Translations under genes and position numbers: made by a program | Notes under the pieces: model-generated | The model's database searches: none | What the model was told of the DNA's origin: nothing | The model's input: only the letters and a program-made list of their open reading frames with translations | Assembly: GCA_043228905.1 (NCBI GenBank) | Contig: JBHGNT010000013.1 | Location: forward strand, 2,294,001 to 2,358,000 | From: Azolla caroliniana | Lineage: Eukaryota; Plantae; Polypodiophyta | DNA length: 64,000 bases | Reading direction: 5' to 3' | In this document: positions 26,595 to 40,362 of the stretch, piece after piece | Layout: every line of letters begins with the position of its first letter | Position numbering within the stretch: position 1 is the stretch's first letter

Positions 26595-29500
26595 ATGGTA
26601 CTGTCGGAAGAGGCACGCCAATGGATGAGGGAGAACGGGTTAAAAGGATTGCTGCGGATCGCCGACGCTCCACCACACGCAGAACCAGAGCAGGCAGCAG
26701 CATCGATCGATATATCAGAAGTCACGGAAGGAGCGGTGCAGGCGCTCACGGGGATCAAAGCAGGAGGACTTCAAACAATCGAAAACCCTTCCAGTGAAAT
26801 CCTGTTCGAATATTTCGGGGAATACTCTATCAGCAGCAAGGCGTACCGAACGTAGGGCGGAGAGAACCTGCTGTTCGGAGAAGTGGCCCGCGCTATGATT
26901 GAATACGGATTCGTGAATCCCCGTCCCCCAGCCATAGCCAAATACCGGGCAACATTCTTAATAGCAGCGTACGAGGGCTTACAAATAGACTGGCTCCATT
27001 TCATAACCGAAGGATTGAAGGAGGCCATCAGAAATCTTGTGGAAGGAAAAAAGGCATGGGCCGGGATAGCACAATGGCTAACGGTGTTAGTCCCACCGGT
27101 GCTCCCCATCACACAAAAGAAAAGAGGTCGGCAGGAGACGACGCCGAAAAAGGTCACAAAGCGCCGACAGATCTTGGAGAAACACACCCCCGGATGGACC
27201 CAGCAAGAAGCAGAACAGCAGGGGGAAGGACCATCCCGACAGCAACAGGAACCGGCAACAAAGGCAAAACCGGCAGGTAAAGGCAAAGGGAAAGCGGCCG
27301 AGGAGGAACCGGTAGCGCGCAAACCAATCCATATAACGCTGCGACGGCCGGAACCGGAACCAGAGGTCTCTATACAAAAGGTCCGTCTGGTAACCGCACC
27401 GGAGGAGGAAACTGAAACAGAAGACTCATCCGAACCATTGGTAAGACTCCCAGCAAGACAAGGTCGGGAGAAACGGGCGAAAGGACCGGCTCCACCAGTG
27501 GACAGAACTCAGTAGAGGGCGCAAGGACCATCTCCAGTAGCCGAGGCGGAAACAACACCGGAACCCGTACCCAGGGAAGCAGCACCAACACCGGTTGGGC
27601 CGGACTTCAGAAAACCGGTCATCCCAGAGAAGAAGAAGGAACAAGCGCCGGAGCCAGAGCCAGAGAAGAGGCCGGAAAATCAGCCTGGCTTAAGTGAGCA
27701 AGGCCACCCCGACACCGGAAGAACAAAGCCACAATGGCTGAGATGGCTTTCGGAGCAGTTATCGGGAGTAGCGGACCAGTTAGAGAAAGAAGAAACGTGT
27801 AGGCAACAGCTGACGCATACAACAACGCAGGAGTTGGTCGCGCTCCGAACACAGATCGAGGAAATGCAAGGGGAGCTGTTGCAGGCAAGGGAAGGAATTC
27901 AACAAGCACAAGCTGTCACCGAGCCGGTCGGGACAACAAGGAAGCAACCAGAACCGGAACCGGAACCGGTAGCCTTGCAAACCGGCCCTGAGACCGAAAA
28001 AATAATAGAAACCTTACGAGAGGAGTTAAAAGCTCAGGAGGCATTAAGGGAAAGAGAAAGGGAGCAGCGGAAAGCGGTGGAGGACGACAGACGAAAAATG
28101 GAAGAAGGCCTCCGGAAAGGTCGAGCCGCTTATGACCGACTGCAAGAAGAAAAAGAGAAGCTGCAAAAGGAGAAGGACCGACTACGTCGACATGCGGAGC
28201 AAGAGATAGAACGACTGCAGGAAGAACTCCGACAACAGAAGGACCGGGACGATCGGTTAAGAGCTCAGGCAAACCGACGCCTGAAGCAGAAGACGGAGGA
28301 CTTCGACCGTCTCTACCGAGATCACAAGCAGGCCGAGTCGGACAACAAAAAATGGGCAGCAGACTACGACCGGCAAATAGAGAAGCTGAAAGAGCAGCTC
28401 AAAGAGACCCGATTAGACCTGGCGAAGGCGATGGATGAGGTCAGTGCCAACAAGGAAGCATTGTCGGCGGAAATAGCCCAAGCAACGGAGAGAAGGAAGG
28501 AGTTAGAGGCGCTAAGGCGGGAAAAGCTGGACCTGACCAAGATCAGGAATGAAGAAAAGGAAAAATCGACCTTCACGATCAGCAAACTGCAGAGTACCTA
28601 TGAAAAGCAGAAAGCAGATTACGAGGCCCAGGCTCAGATAATGGCCGACATTATAAAACGGGCAAGGAAGGAAAAGCAGGAAGCTTATGCGCATGCTAAG
28701 GCAGGGGTTGACCGGATCAAGCTCATCATGTCAGGATGGAGTACTCGAGCTCAGGCAAGCATCAACGAAAGTACGGAAAAGCTATGGAAGGAGTGGTCAC
28801 GACAGGCAGCCGAGTTGCAGACACTACGAGCGGATGCCGAGAATCGGAGGAAGACCGGTGACAAGTTCTACAAGATGGATGAAGAAAGTGTCGTCGCCAT
28901 TCGGGAAGAATTGTCGGAGGATTTCTACACTTTAGCAGAAGAACACCTCAAAGAAATCCGAGGGTTGGTAGAGAGGTTGGATGACGGGCAGCTCGCAACT
29001 CAGTTGGAGTTGGAGAGATACGAGCAGGACCGGTTACGACAGGAAGCTAAGGGAAGAACGACGCCAATCACAATAAGTGAGGGAGAGCGACCGGCTGCAG
29101 ATGAACCAACCGACACCGAACAACCCCGACGAGGAATACCCGAAGACGAACTTGAAGAAGAGCAGGAGCAGACCGATGCCGGAGAAGAAGAAGAGCTGAG
29201 ACCGGAAGACACCAGAGCAGAGGAAGGAGGCATATCGAGTCGACCAGTCGAGACCGGAGAAAGCGACACCGGTAACAGAACAGAGCCAGGAACGGAGGGA
29301 GAACAGGAAGAACCCGGACGAAGCGGTGAGGAAGCACCGGCACCATAGAATCAAGCAGAGCCGGAGCAGCAAATTTTTACGGAACAGCCTACCCAACCGG
29401 GGGTCGGAGACCAGCTAGGCAAGGAACAGGAATAGGAGGAAGAAGCACCACTGGACACCATCAAGCAAAATGTGCTCGATATTTTGGAGGAAGACTGAGG
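26595..29500 (+). pseudogene. Extra sense-strand ORF downstream of pol (globular N-terminus, Pro/Glu linker, long coiled coil), broken by stops
   Basis: ORFs 26595..26855, 26883..27515 and 27834..29348 share one frame and lie between INT and the 3' LTR. The last is E/K/R/Q-rich and heptad-like. Confidence 0.75.
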
Positions 29501-29950
29501 CCGGGAGTGGATTCGAAGTGCAAGGCACTTTCCCACGGGCGTGCCATGTGTTGGCCGGTCAGAAGAGCAAGGACAAGTGGGAAGGCGGAATCGGATCGGA
29601 TGATAGGAAGTAAATAATAGTAGAATTATTATTCGGAGGGACGGATTCGGTACAGTTGTACCGATCCAGATCCGAACCGATTCGGATGTCGGTTGCCTAA
29701 GCGCACCGATTGTAACCTTGCCGGATGCCTATAAAAGGATCCGATGATTTGTAAAGTGTTGGGACGGTAGTAATACAATAGTATTTAATGTGTATTTATC
29801 TGTATCTCGTATTGTTTACCATCTGTGCTTAATTGTAATCATCTTATGCGTGTAACCTAGCATCCAATCCTTACCACCCCTTTGGAGAAGTGTCGGATAG
29901 ACACCTGTGTTGAGGCTAGTCCGGCCAGACAGACAACATGCCAAACCGGC

Positions 29951-31520
29951 TCTGCAATCAACAAAATTCAGCGATTACGCCAAGGTGACCGTCCAGCCTT
30001 CACATACGCTGCAGATTTTCGCCTACTCGCCGCCGATATCCCTTGGGATGATCAAGCGTTGATGGAGCAATTCCGTTATGGTTTACGCAACCACGTGAAG
30101 GATTTACTCTTGACCTTCCCCGAAGAGCCAAAGTCCTTAATAGAAGCAATCACTCGCGCGGTGAGATGTGACAACTGCCTCTTTGAGCGACGTTTGGAAC
30201 GACACCTACAGATGCCGAGGGCAAGATCAGAGCCCACCAACGCCTCAGTGGTAGCAAGACCTTTTCCGAGGGAGTCATATAATGCGCCTCCAGCGAATAC
30301 TCCGACTCCGATGGAGATTGACACTACACGTCGTCGAGGGCCATTATCTGAAGAAGAAAAGCAGCGACGCCATACAAATCGACTATGTCTTTACTGCGGT
30401 GGACCAGGACATATTGCAATAAATTGCCCCCATAGGCCAAGAAGACAGGTAAACCAAATAGTCGTTAGTTCTAATTGTACTAAACCCGAGCCTATTTCAG
30501 TAGGGATATCTAATAGTCCTAATAGTACTAATAGCCCAGATCTAGCGAACAGATTTGATGTCCTTAGTCAGTTAGAAGAAGAGTTAAACGACTAAGTCCA
30601 GCCAAAATAGGAGCCGTTTGGTTGGACAACCCTAGATCTGTGCAGCCCATTAGTGGTTCCATTCCCGTACAGGGAGCATATAACCTCGTACGGATCCGAC
30701 CAGGAGGCGAATGGAAGACCGCGTTTCGCACCAAATATGGGCATTTCGAGTATACGGTCATGCCGTTCGGCCTCACTAATGCACCGACAGTCTTCCAAAA
30801 CATGGCTAATGATATATTCCGAGATCTTTTGGATGATTGTTTGATCATCTATTTGAATGATCTACTGGTTTATTCAAAGACCCAAGAAGAGCATGATTCT
30901 CATGTACTATTAGTACTAAAACGACTTCGAGAACATGGTCTATATGCAAAGCTGGAAAAATGCAGTTTCGGGTGCAACCAAGTGGAATTTCTCGGCTACA
31001 TCATTTCTTCAAAAGGCATCTCCATGGACCCAGCTAAGGTCAAAACGGTGGTAGAATGGCAGACTTTGCGTTCAGTGCAGGATGTGCAATGCTTCCTAGG
31101 CTTTGCCAATTTTTACCGGAAGTTCATACAAGATTACTCAAAGATCGTTCTACCTCTCACACAACTTACCAGGAAGGGACAACCGTTCATTTGGTCTGAA
31201 GAAACGGATGTGGCTTTCGAGAGTCTTAAAAAGGCATTTACATCGGCTCCAATTCTAGCTCATGTCGATCCGGAAAAACCATTCATTATCGAAGTTGACG
31301 CATCGGATTTTGCATTGGGGAGCATTGTGTCACAACAGGGGAATGATGAGAAGCTACATCCTGTGGCTTTTCACTCACGCAAGTTTGATGCCGACGAAAT
31401 CAACTACGAAATTCATGATAAGGAGCTATTGGCAATAGTGGATTCTTTTATGCAATGGAGGCATTTTTTGAAGGGATCCTCTCATCCGGTCACCGTATTT
31501 AGTGACCACAAGAACCTCAG
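29951..31520 (+). pseudogene. Internally deleted family A-like chromovirus fragment (gag C-terminus, RT-RNaseH)
   Basis: Closely similar to 54938-55668 joined to 56574-57418; protease and RT N-terminus are deleted at about 30670. Confidence 0.9.
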
Positions 31521-34500
31521 ATCCAACTTCTTACACTTCTCATCCGGTACATGCACATATGCTATGCTACCAAAGATCCGAAGGTGTCTCAAATTCGACT
31601 TCTACCCCAAAATACAACTCATGTGCCAACACCTCCTCTTGGATCCGGTTTTGGATGTAGAACCGTTGTTACGGGCATGACCATATAATATCCCGTGGTG
31701 AGAATTTACCGTAGTATTCTATACACGTGGATAAGTGTGAGGGTTAAACCAGAGTGTAAAGAAGGGGAGGATTACTTTTAATCCTCGGGATTGAGACAAC
31801 CCATTAGGGCAGGTGTGAACTTGCCTGGGGGCCTTGGGTATCGCTATAAATAAGAGGCCTAGCTACCCTCATTTGATCATCTTCTTGACTACATCGAGAC
31901 TCTGCTCTTGTGGTGGGTCAACTCTTGTAGCGAGCGCGCCAGCACCAGGTACGAGTCGACGCCACGGCGGTGGTATGGGACGCCGATCGAGGCTCGAGTC
32001 CGTCTCGATCCCTTCGCTCAGGGGTGGTCGGGTGGATCGGCACCCTTCCTTCTCTTTCTCCTTTCTATCTATCATTTCTTTATCCTTATCTTAAGCTTAC
32101 TTTAGTACTTAGATCTCTAATAACCGCGTCAGCCTAGTAGAATTTGGGCATGCTCTTCTCCTCCTGCATTGCCCTTGCAGCGTCGACAATCGTTCGTTAC
32201 GTGACTCAGGTGGGAACCTTTGGGGTTTTGGACTAGGAAGAGGAAGAATTTGAGACAAGTTTATATTTATGGATAGATTATTAGAAAGAGAGATAGAAAT
32301 TTCGTCAATCCCACAAGTGTATTGTATTCGATTAATCAATATTTAGATAAGAATATGTAGAAGATTGAAAGAAAGAGATTAAAAAGAACTTGTGAATCCC
32401 ACAAGTATAGATTATGTCGTGAATCCCACGAATATAGTTTGTTAATTGGTGTTTTAGGAAATATATCCAATTTCCAAATAATCCACACACTTATTACATT
32501 GTGCTCCCCATCCTTATATGGTGATGAGAGAGTCTTCACAATCCATGCTTAAACTTTATGCTTTTCCTATCAATAGACTATATGCTTTATTTAACATGCT
32601 TTTTCTAAAGTGATCATGCTTTTTCTAATTTGTGCGTTTTTAATTGACTATAGTGTTCATGCACGCTACAGGTGCATGTGTGCATGTGTAGCTTTTTCTT
32701 TTATCATGCGTTTTTCTAAAGTTTATCCTAGCATGAACTTGCATTTTTATGTGGGACATCTACTTTTTAACACTAATGAAAAGATAGTGAAATGGCAAGA
32801 CATTACGTTATTAACATGGAGGTGCAATGTTCGAATCTTGCCCTGTGCATGTAATGCTTAGTTTGATATTTTCTTCTTTTTTCTTCATATTTATTCAATC
32901 GGTTATTTTATATTATTTTCATGTAGTGTACTAAATACACTACGACACTCGCCCCCTCCGAAACCACAAATCCTCCGGCATGTGCAGAAGTTGTCGGTGA
33001 TTGTTAGCCTTCTCCATTCGGTCTCCGCCTGGTTTGTTTTGTCACTAGTCGTTTTCGGTTGCCGGCTCCATCTGTTCGCCGATTTTCAGTTGCTTGCTCT
33101 ACCCGGTTTCCGGTTACTGGCCCTCGTAATTCTTCTTTACTTGTAGTACCCTCCGTTTCTCTTGCTATGTCCACTTTGTCTCTCCATTTCGAGCACAACC
33201 ATTCTTTCCACCCAACTCATTTGCACCATCCGATCCACCATAGTCTTCGTTCACTCTTTGCATAGCCATGGCTGATTGTCGCAACTCCTCGTAATATTCT
33301 TAAGCATAACCATTCATGTCTTGTCAAATTTGCTTGGCCCGCTTGGTTCTTCTTATCTGTGGTTCTTCTTGTCCTTGTCTTTATCAATGTCGAATTCTTT
33401 TCGAATCTCTGGTTGAGTCGGATTAGCTTCTTTCCAAATCGGTGTCGTCCGATCGTCTTTCGGTTGGATCAGCTTCCATTCCGATTTGGAGTTGGTTGAT
33501 TGGTTTTTACCGATTCAGTATTTGCTTCCTTTTCCTTGTTTTGATCGGCCTCGACCGGTTCGACCTCCGGCATTTCTTTCCGGATCGGTCTCATCTAGTC
33601 GGCTTTTGGTTGGAATGATTTCCGTCCGCATAGAACTCGACCAATTGGATGTTGTCCAAATCCACTTCTGCTTGCTTTAGCTTTCGTTTAGACCGGAATT
33701 CCGGCCGGATCATCTTGCGTCCGGATCCTCTTTCGGCTTTACATTCTCTGCTCGCACCTCCTGTTTCTCTGGTCTCACGTTGGTTCTCGAACACAACCGC
33801 CGAAGTCTCTATAATTAATGGGTAGGAATCGTCGGTATTATCATCCTCCGTCGTTTCACCCATAGCCACCTTCTCGGCTATCTCTCCATCGTCTGCATCA
33901 TCTTCGACCGTTGTTTTCTCTCCGTCTCTTCGGTCTCATGTTGCCTTCCAGATGCAACTGACGGTGTCTCTGGAATTCTTATTTTGATATTTTCTTCTCC
34001 GAATCTTGAACCGAATCAGCTTCGTCCGATTCATTCCAGGTTTTGTCCGACTTGGTAGTCTCCAACTCGTCTTCCGTTTTTAGGCCCTTCACCACATCAG
34101 ATCACGTCCGTGTCTTGGCCTTCTTCCGGTTGGCTAGACTATCCTGCTTGACTCTGCCACCGCCGCCGCTTCCTCCCACATGTTTGGATGTGGCGACTCC
34201 TTCGGTCGGCTCGGGTTCCTTTATCTCCACATCTCCCCCGTTGGTTCTTTCTTCCTATCTGGCTCCTTGTCCGGTGCCATCCATTCCAGCTCCTCCTCTT
34301 GCCCTCAAGTGTGGCACATTGAGATGAGAAATGCCGAGCATCTCTCAAAAATGCTGCAACTTTTATGATCTGAGCGGCTTGGTGAAGATGTGGGCTACCT
34401 ATTGATCTGTGTGACCATATCAAAATTCAACATCACCGCTCAGAACCCGCTCACGCGCATAGTGATACTGCACTTCTATGTGCTTCGTCCGTGCATAGAG

Positions 34501-37500
34501 TACAGGGTTCTTGGCGAGCTGTAGGTTTCTTATGTTGTCACCATAAATCAAGATTGGGCTAGGCACCTCAAAGGAGTCACCGAATCCAGATGGCTTCACA
34601 GGTGGCAATAGTAGCGCTCGGGTATTCAGGCTCAGTGCTCGACAGACCCACTATTGGCTACTTTTTGTTGCTCCACGCAACAACCGCACTACCATGTGAA
34701 AACATGTAACCGGAGGTGGATTGGAGATCCGATGCATCACCAACCCAATCAGCATCGGTATATCCGACTAGCTTCCTAGCTATACCGTGTGGGTATAATA
34801 GTCTCCAATCCTTCGTGCTGCTAACATACCAAAGTATCCAGTGTGTGCACTAAAGCTGCTCGACGGTCGACTTTTGCATGAACTGGCTGATCACTCCGAC
34901 CGGGTAACTGATGTTGGGTCGAGCGATTGTCAAGTATATGAGGCTTTCGACAATTGGTCAGAACTGTTTCTCATCGCAGGCCGGGCCGGAGTCGGGACAA
35001 AGCTTGAGGTTCCGGTCTAGGGGTGTGGAGATCGGTCGACATTCCTTCATGCCGAACTTGTACAACATATTCAACACATACTGTCTTTGTGACAGCAACA
35101 TGCCATCGAGGGGTTCGAATCACCTCAATCCCAAGAAAATAATAAAGATCCCCCAGGTCCCCCAGGTCGGATAACTGGGACTTCACTCTGCCGATTTCAT
35201 CCAGTCTAGGTCCGGTGATGACTAAATCATCAACATATGGCAGGATATAGACCGGAACGTTCAGACCTTTCCGGATGAACAATGACGAGTTGGACTTTGA
35301 GGCTGCAAACCCCATCTTACGCAACTGGTGCGTGATCTTCGTATTCCAAGCTCGGTGGGCTTGCTTCAGACCGTAAAACAACTTCTTGAGTCAAAATACT
35401 GCCGCCTTGTTCATCTCCGATTGGAATCTGAGGGGTTGGATCATATAGACCCGTTCTTCAAGGCCACCTTGAAGAAAAACATTCTTCATGTCCATTTGGT
35501 GAAGACGCCATCCCCTTACCGCAACAACAACCAATACCACACGAACCGTCGTCATCTTCGCTACCGGAGCAAGGGTCTCATCATAGTTGATTCCGTGGGT
35601 CTATGCGTATGCCTTTGCCCTTAACCGGGCCTTGTACCGGTTGACTGAAGCGTCAACATTGTACTTCAACTTATATACCCATTTGCAACCGATCGGTTTA
35701 CACTATCAGGGAGGGTCAACTAGGTCGCATGTATCGTCGCCTTCAAAAGAATTTAATACTATTTTAACAGTAGTCGATCGATTTACCAAGATGGCACATT
35801 TTTCACCATGTGTAAAGAGCATCAGTAGTCAGGAAACCATAGATCTCATTGTGCATGAAGTGTCATCCACAAACTGATGGACAAACAGAGCGCACAAATC
35901 AAATGCTCGAGCAATATCATCATTGCTTCATCAATTATCAACAACATGATTGTAGTAATGTTTTATATCTTGCTTGGTTTGCATATAATAACAGGATACA
36001 CTCTTCTACCAAGGTTACACCTTTCTTTGCCTACAGTGGCAACCATCCTCGATGGTGTATCCAAGATCTTCTTGAGGTCGCACGGAACTGTAGTGCAAAG
36101 TATTAGCTTCATCGACTACACCAAATCCAGTTAGTGTTATCCTCACATCTTCAAACATCGTAAGCACAACATAAGACTAATGCAAATCGCCATCATCTTA
36201 TGTCTCCATTTAAGGTTGGTGACCGAGTATGGTTGCTTCGTCGTCACGTCAAGACTAACCCACCCTGTGAGAAACTTGATTATCAGTGCTTAGGTCATTT
36301 TCTCATCACGGCGTGGATTAATGATGCAACCTTTCGTCTTAACCTTCCAGCACACATGCAGCTTCACCCAATCTTTCATAGCTCTCTTTTGGAACCTTGT
36401 CACACCTCTTCCATTCCTAATCGAGTCGTGCCACCTCCGCCCCCAATCCAACTTGTTGACGGCCCCGAATATGAGATAACAACTATTCTCGATTCTAAGA
36501 TTGTGCGTAATAAGCTCTATTATTTGGTTCATTGGGTACGCTATCGTCCAAGTGATCGCACTTGGGAACCCGTCAATACTGTTTCTAATGCTCAAGCTCT
36601 TGTCGACGACTTCATGGACATAAACATCATGGCTTCACCTAGGCTTGAACCCAAGACCTTGTAATACATAATGAAGAACCCAACCATTAAGATATCCTAT
36701 GATTATATGAGATGATAAAGGCTACTTCTTGTAATACACCGATTATTGTATATACTCAGGAACATTATCCTAGAACATCTTAGAATATTCTAGGTCTAGA
36801 ACATTATAGAAATCTCTACGCTATTCTATAGGAACCTATAAAAATAGGGGCATACATGTATTCTCAAATCAATACCAATCTTAAGCTCTCATCGCCTATC
36901 TTGTGTCAAGGCCTTAGCTTGACAAAAGAAGATTGAACAAGAGAGGAAAAGAAAGAGAGAACAATGCCTATATTTTTATTATAATAGGAAATTATACAAA
37001 ATGAAGAACTAGAATATTTGACAAAGATTGGTGTTGAACTAGAATGGTTCTAACAATCCAATATGTCCTATTTATATAGGAGTAGTATGTGCCCCTTGGA
37101 TGTTTGTAGGGTCATGATACCCTTTGGGATGTTGTAGGGTCATGATACCCTTTGGGATATTGAAGAGTCTTGGCAACCTTTGGGATATTGAAGGGTCTTG
37201 GCACCTTTTGGGATATTGAAAGGCACCCTTTGGATATTTATAGGTTTACATTGTCAATATTATAATAAAGTAAATTATACTATCTTTATGTAAAACATAT
37301 ATAACCTAATGGCTAGAGTTGAGTGGTCCTCTTTAGGAGGTCACGGGTTCGAGTCACCCTAAACCTCATGGGGTTTCATCTAATCATCACACCATCTCCC
37401 TCCTTTGATGACAAGTTCCACGAGTCATAATGCATGAATTGGGGCTCGACTTATTTGGATATTGACGATGAAATTCAGCTACAAGATCAGAGGTGTTGTC

Positions 37501-40362
37501 AAGGTTCTCGGCTAGTTCCCAAGTACGATCATTAGGTGTATAACCTAACCAGTCGACGAGATAATAAAGCTTCTTACGTACTATCTTGGAGTCCAAAACA
37601 ACTTTGACTTCAAATTTTGGGCCGGAAACAAGTTGAACCGGAGGTGGGGGTAGAACAACCCGTCATAATGCATGAATTGGGGCTCGACTTTTTTGGATAT
37701 TGACAATGAAATTCAGCTACAAGATCAGAGGTGTTGTCAAGGTTCTCGGCTAGTTCCCATGTACGATCATTAGGTGTATAACCTAACCAGTCGACGAGAT
37801 AATAAAGCTTCTTACGTACTATCTTGGAGTCCAAAACAACTTTGACTTCAAATTTTGGGCCGGAAACAAGTTGAACCGGAGGTGGGGGTAGAACAACCCG
37901 ATTTAGAATGGAACTAGCATTGTAAGGTTCCAACAATGAGACATGAAATACTGGGTGTAGATGCATGTGTGGGGGAAGATCAAGGCAAAATGCAACATCA
38001 TTGATTTGATGAGAGATAATAAATGGACCAAGCCGTTGATAATAAGCCGTTGATAATAAATGAACCAAGTGTAAAAAATCCACCCAATCATCCTGTTGAT
38101 AATTGATGAAACATCAAAGATATTGTTCTAGAGTTTTATTTGTGCGTCTGTTTGACCGTCACTTTGTGGATGATAGCTTGAAGAAAGTTTACAAGAGACT
38201 TTGAGCATCTCAAGCAACTGTTTCCAGAATTTTGAGATGAATTGTGCGCCACGATCACTAATGATGTCATTTGGAAGACCATGAAGCTGAAATACTTGTT
38301 TCATAATGATGTCTGCAGTTTCTATACTATTGATAGTTTTCGTGCATGGAAGAAAATGCGTCATCTTTGTGAATCGATTTATTACAGTGAGGATAGCATC
38401 AAAACTCTTTGAAAAGTGAAGATCTATTATAAAGTCCACAGAGATGGATTTCCACGAACCAGTAGGAACTGGCCATGGATGTAATAACCCATATGGTCGA
38501 TGTCGTGGAATCTTTGATCGACAACACACGTCACAAGTACGAACATAATCCTCAACAAACTCCCGAAGATGAGGCCACCAATAGTTTCGAGAAACTAGCT
38601 CCAAAGTTTTGTGGATTCCAAAGTGACCAACCATTGGGTTGTCATGACAATATTGCATTACTTGGAGTCGAGATGAACCATTGGGGATATACAAAAGAGT
38701 GTTACGAAAAAGTAACCCATTTTTCCATTGAAATTGGTTATAATCTTTACAAGGATACTTGGATTTTGAAGAAGATGCACGATCTGAAATGATATGATTC
38801 AATACATCTTGAGGAAATTCATCAGAAATGATACCTATTTGCATTGAATCAAGGAGCCTAGAATCTTCAAGTGCTTTAGAGGCATTAATAGTCAATAGTC
38901 GAAACCGATCAGGCCCTAGGATGACTTGCTTTTGATGATCAAATGTGGGCTCACCTGGTTGTGGTGCTAAATAAGATCGTCATGATAAAGAGTCTACCTT
39001 TCCTTGTTGTACTCGAGGGAAATATGTGATGAGGAAGTCAAAATGCGTCAGGAATTGTGTCCAACGAGCTTGGCTTCAACTCAAGACTCTAGCATTTTGA
39101 AAGTATGTGAGGTTTTTATGATCATGGTAAACAATGATTTGGTGGGGAGAACCTTCTAAGAGATGCCTCCATTGTTCAAACGAATCTAGAATGGCGAGGA
39201 GCTCTTTGTCGTGATTCTCATAATTGATCTCTGCAGCTTCGAATTTGCGTGAATGGAAAGCAATTGGATGCAGCTTTCCGTCATCTCCAACCTGCGACAA
39301 GATACTTTGTAGTGAACACGTTCGCGTTCACAAGTGGAAGGATTGCGCATTCCACTTGTAGAATCTTCTTAAAACGAAGCAAATACACCCTCTCTACAAT
39401 AATTGGATGCACTAGTATCACATGTTCCTCAACTTGATAAGAATTTGCAAATATAAAAATACATGATAGATCTACGAGTGGAGATCATTAGAAATCATGC
39501 AAGTTTAGACATGTTGATAAGTTAATGTAGGCATAATAAAGTTCAACTATGGCTCAATATGGCACTATTGTGCGACAAGGTAAACACTAACTTAAAGACT
39601 TATATTAATTAGGTAGGTTTTACAAAAATATGAGGTGTACTTGTATCCATACTAATAAAATGAGATATAGTTTATACTTTGACCCATACGTGCATGTATG
39701 TAATTGTGGAAAATGTAGGATAGTGCACATTAGGATAAGTGATTGGAATAACTAACTTATTAAAGTATTCAATACTTGTATTAAAAGTTGATCTAATCTA
39801 TTCCTCAATTTGTTCATATGGGATCAAACCATATGTGTATATAATTGTGCACAATGTAAGGCAGTGAACTTTAGGATAATGTCGTGGAAATAACAAACCT
39901 ATTAGGCTTTCATACCTGTATTTAAAATTGATCTACTCTATTGCTTAGGTGATTCACACAAGATCAAACTCCGAACGATAACGCAACTGGAACCATTATC
40001 AACACACTACACAATCTAAGCAGCAACGGAATAGAAACATAATAGTTTTAACAATATAAGACAAAGATCCATAATAACAACATGGACAGTCATGGCAACA
40101 ATTATAGGGCCATGTTCTGTTAAGGTTAGCTTGGACCAAAATCAGCCTCCATTTAAACTAGTTCATGTTTCTCCATAAGTTTGGTAGTCAGCTATGCACG
40201 CGGTGAAACCAATATCATAAATCTACTAATCAAGTATATAAAAATAAAATTGAAACATATAGAAGATTATAAAGAATAGAATCCACTAGGTAAAACCCAA
40301 AATTTGTATTAATAATGTGAAATCTTAACAAATCGTCAGTGTCATATTCTTTATAGAGTCTA

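Larger units (their letters stand above)
19941..29938 (+). mobile_element. Ty3/gypsy non-chromovirus LTR element with an extra 3' ORF region
   Basis: Direct repeats at 19941-20290 (5'-truncated) and 29549-29938 (TGTTG...CAACA). PBS TGGCGACCAC at 20297 is compatible with plant tRNA-Arg(UCG). No TSD because the left end is truncated. Confidence 0.92.

Noticed and set aside
31666-32200. Possible solo LTR starting TGTTACGGG with a TATA box near 31846
   Set aside because: No partner LTR, end or TSD could be defined within the window.
37295-37370. LTR tRNA-like modules as genuine tRNA genes or independent SINE insertions
   Set aside because: No consistent acceptor or anticodon stems, no tails or TSDs, and they sit at a fixed position in the LTRs.
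39310-39314. 5-bp TSD TAGTG for the DNA transposon
   Set aside because: It would make the TIR ends unequal by one base; 4-bp AGTG gives perfectly matching AACAC...GTGTT termini.
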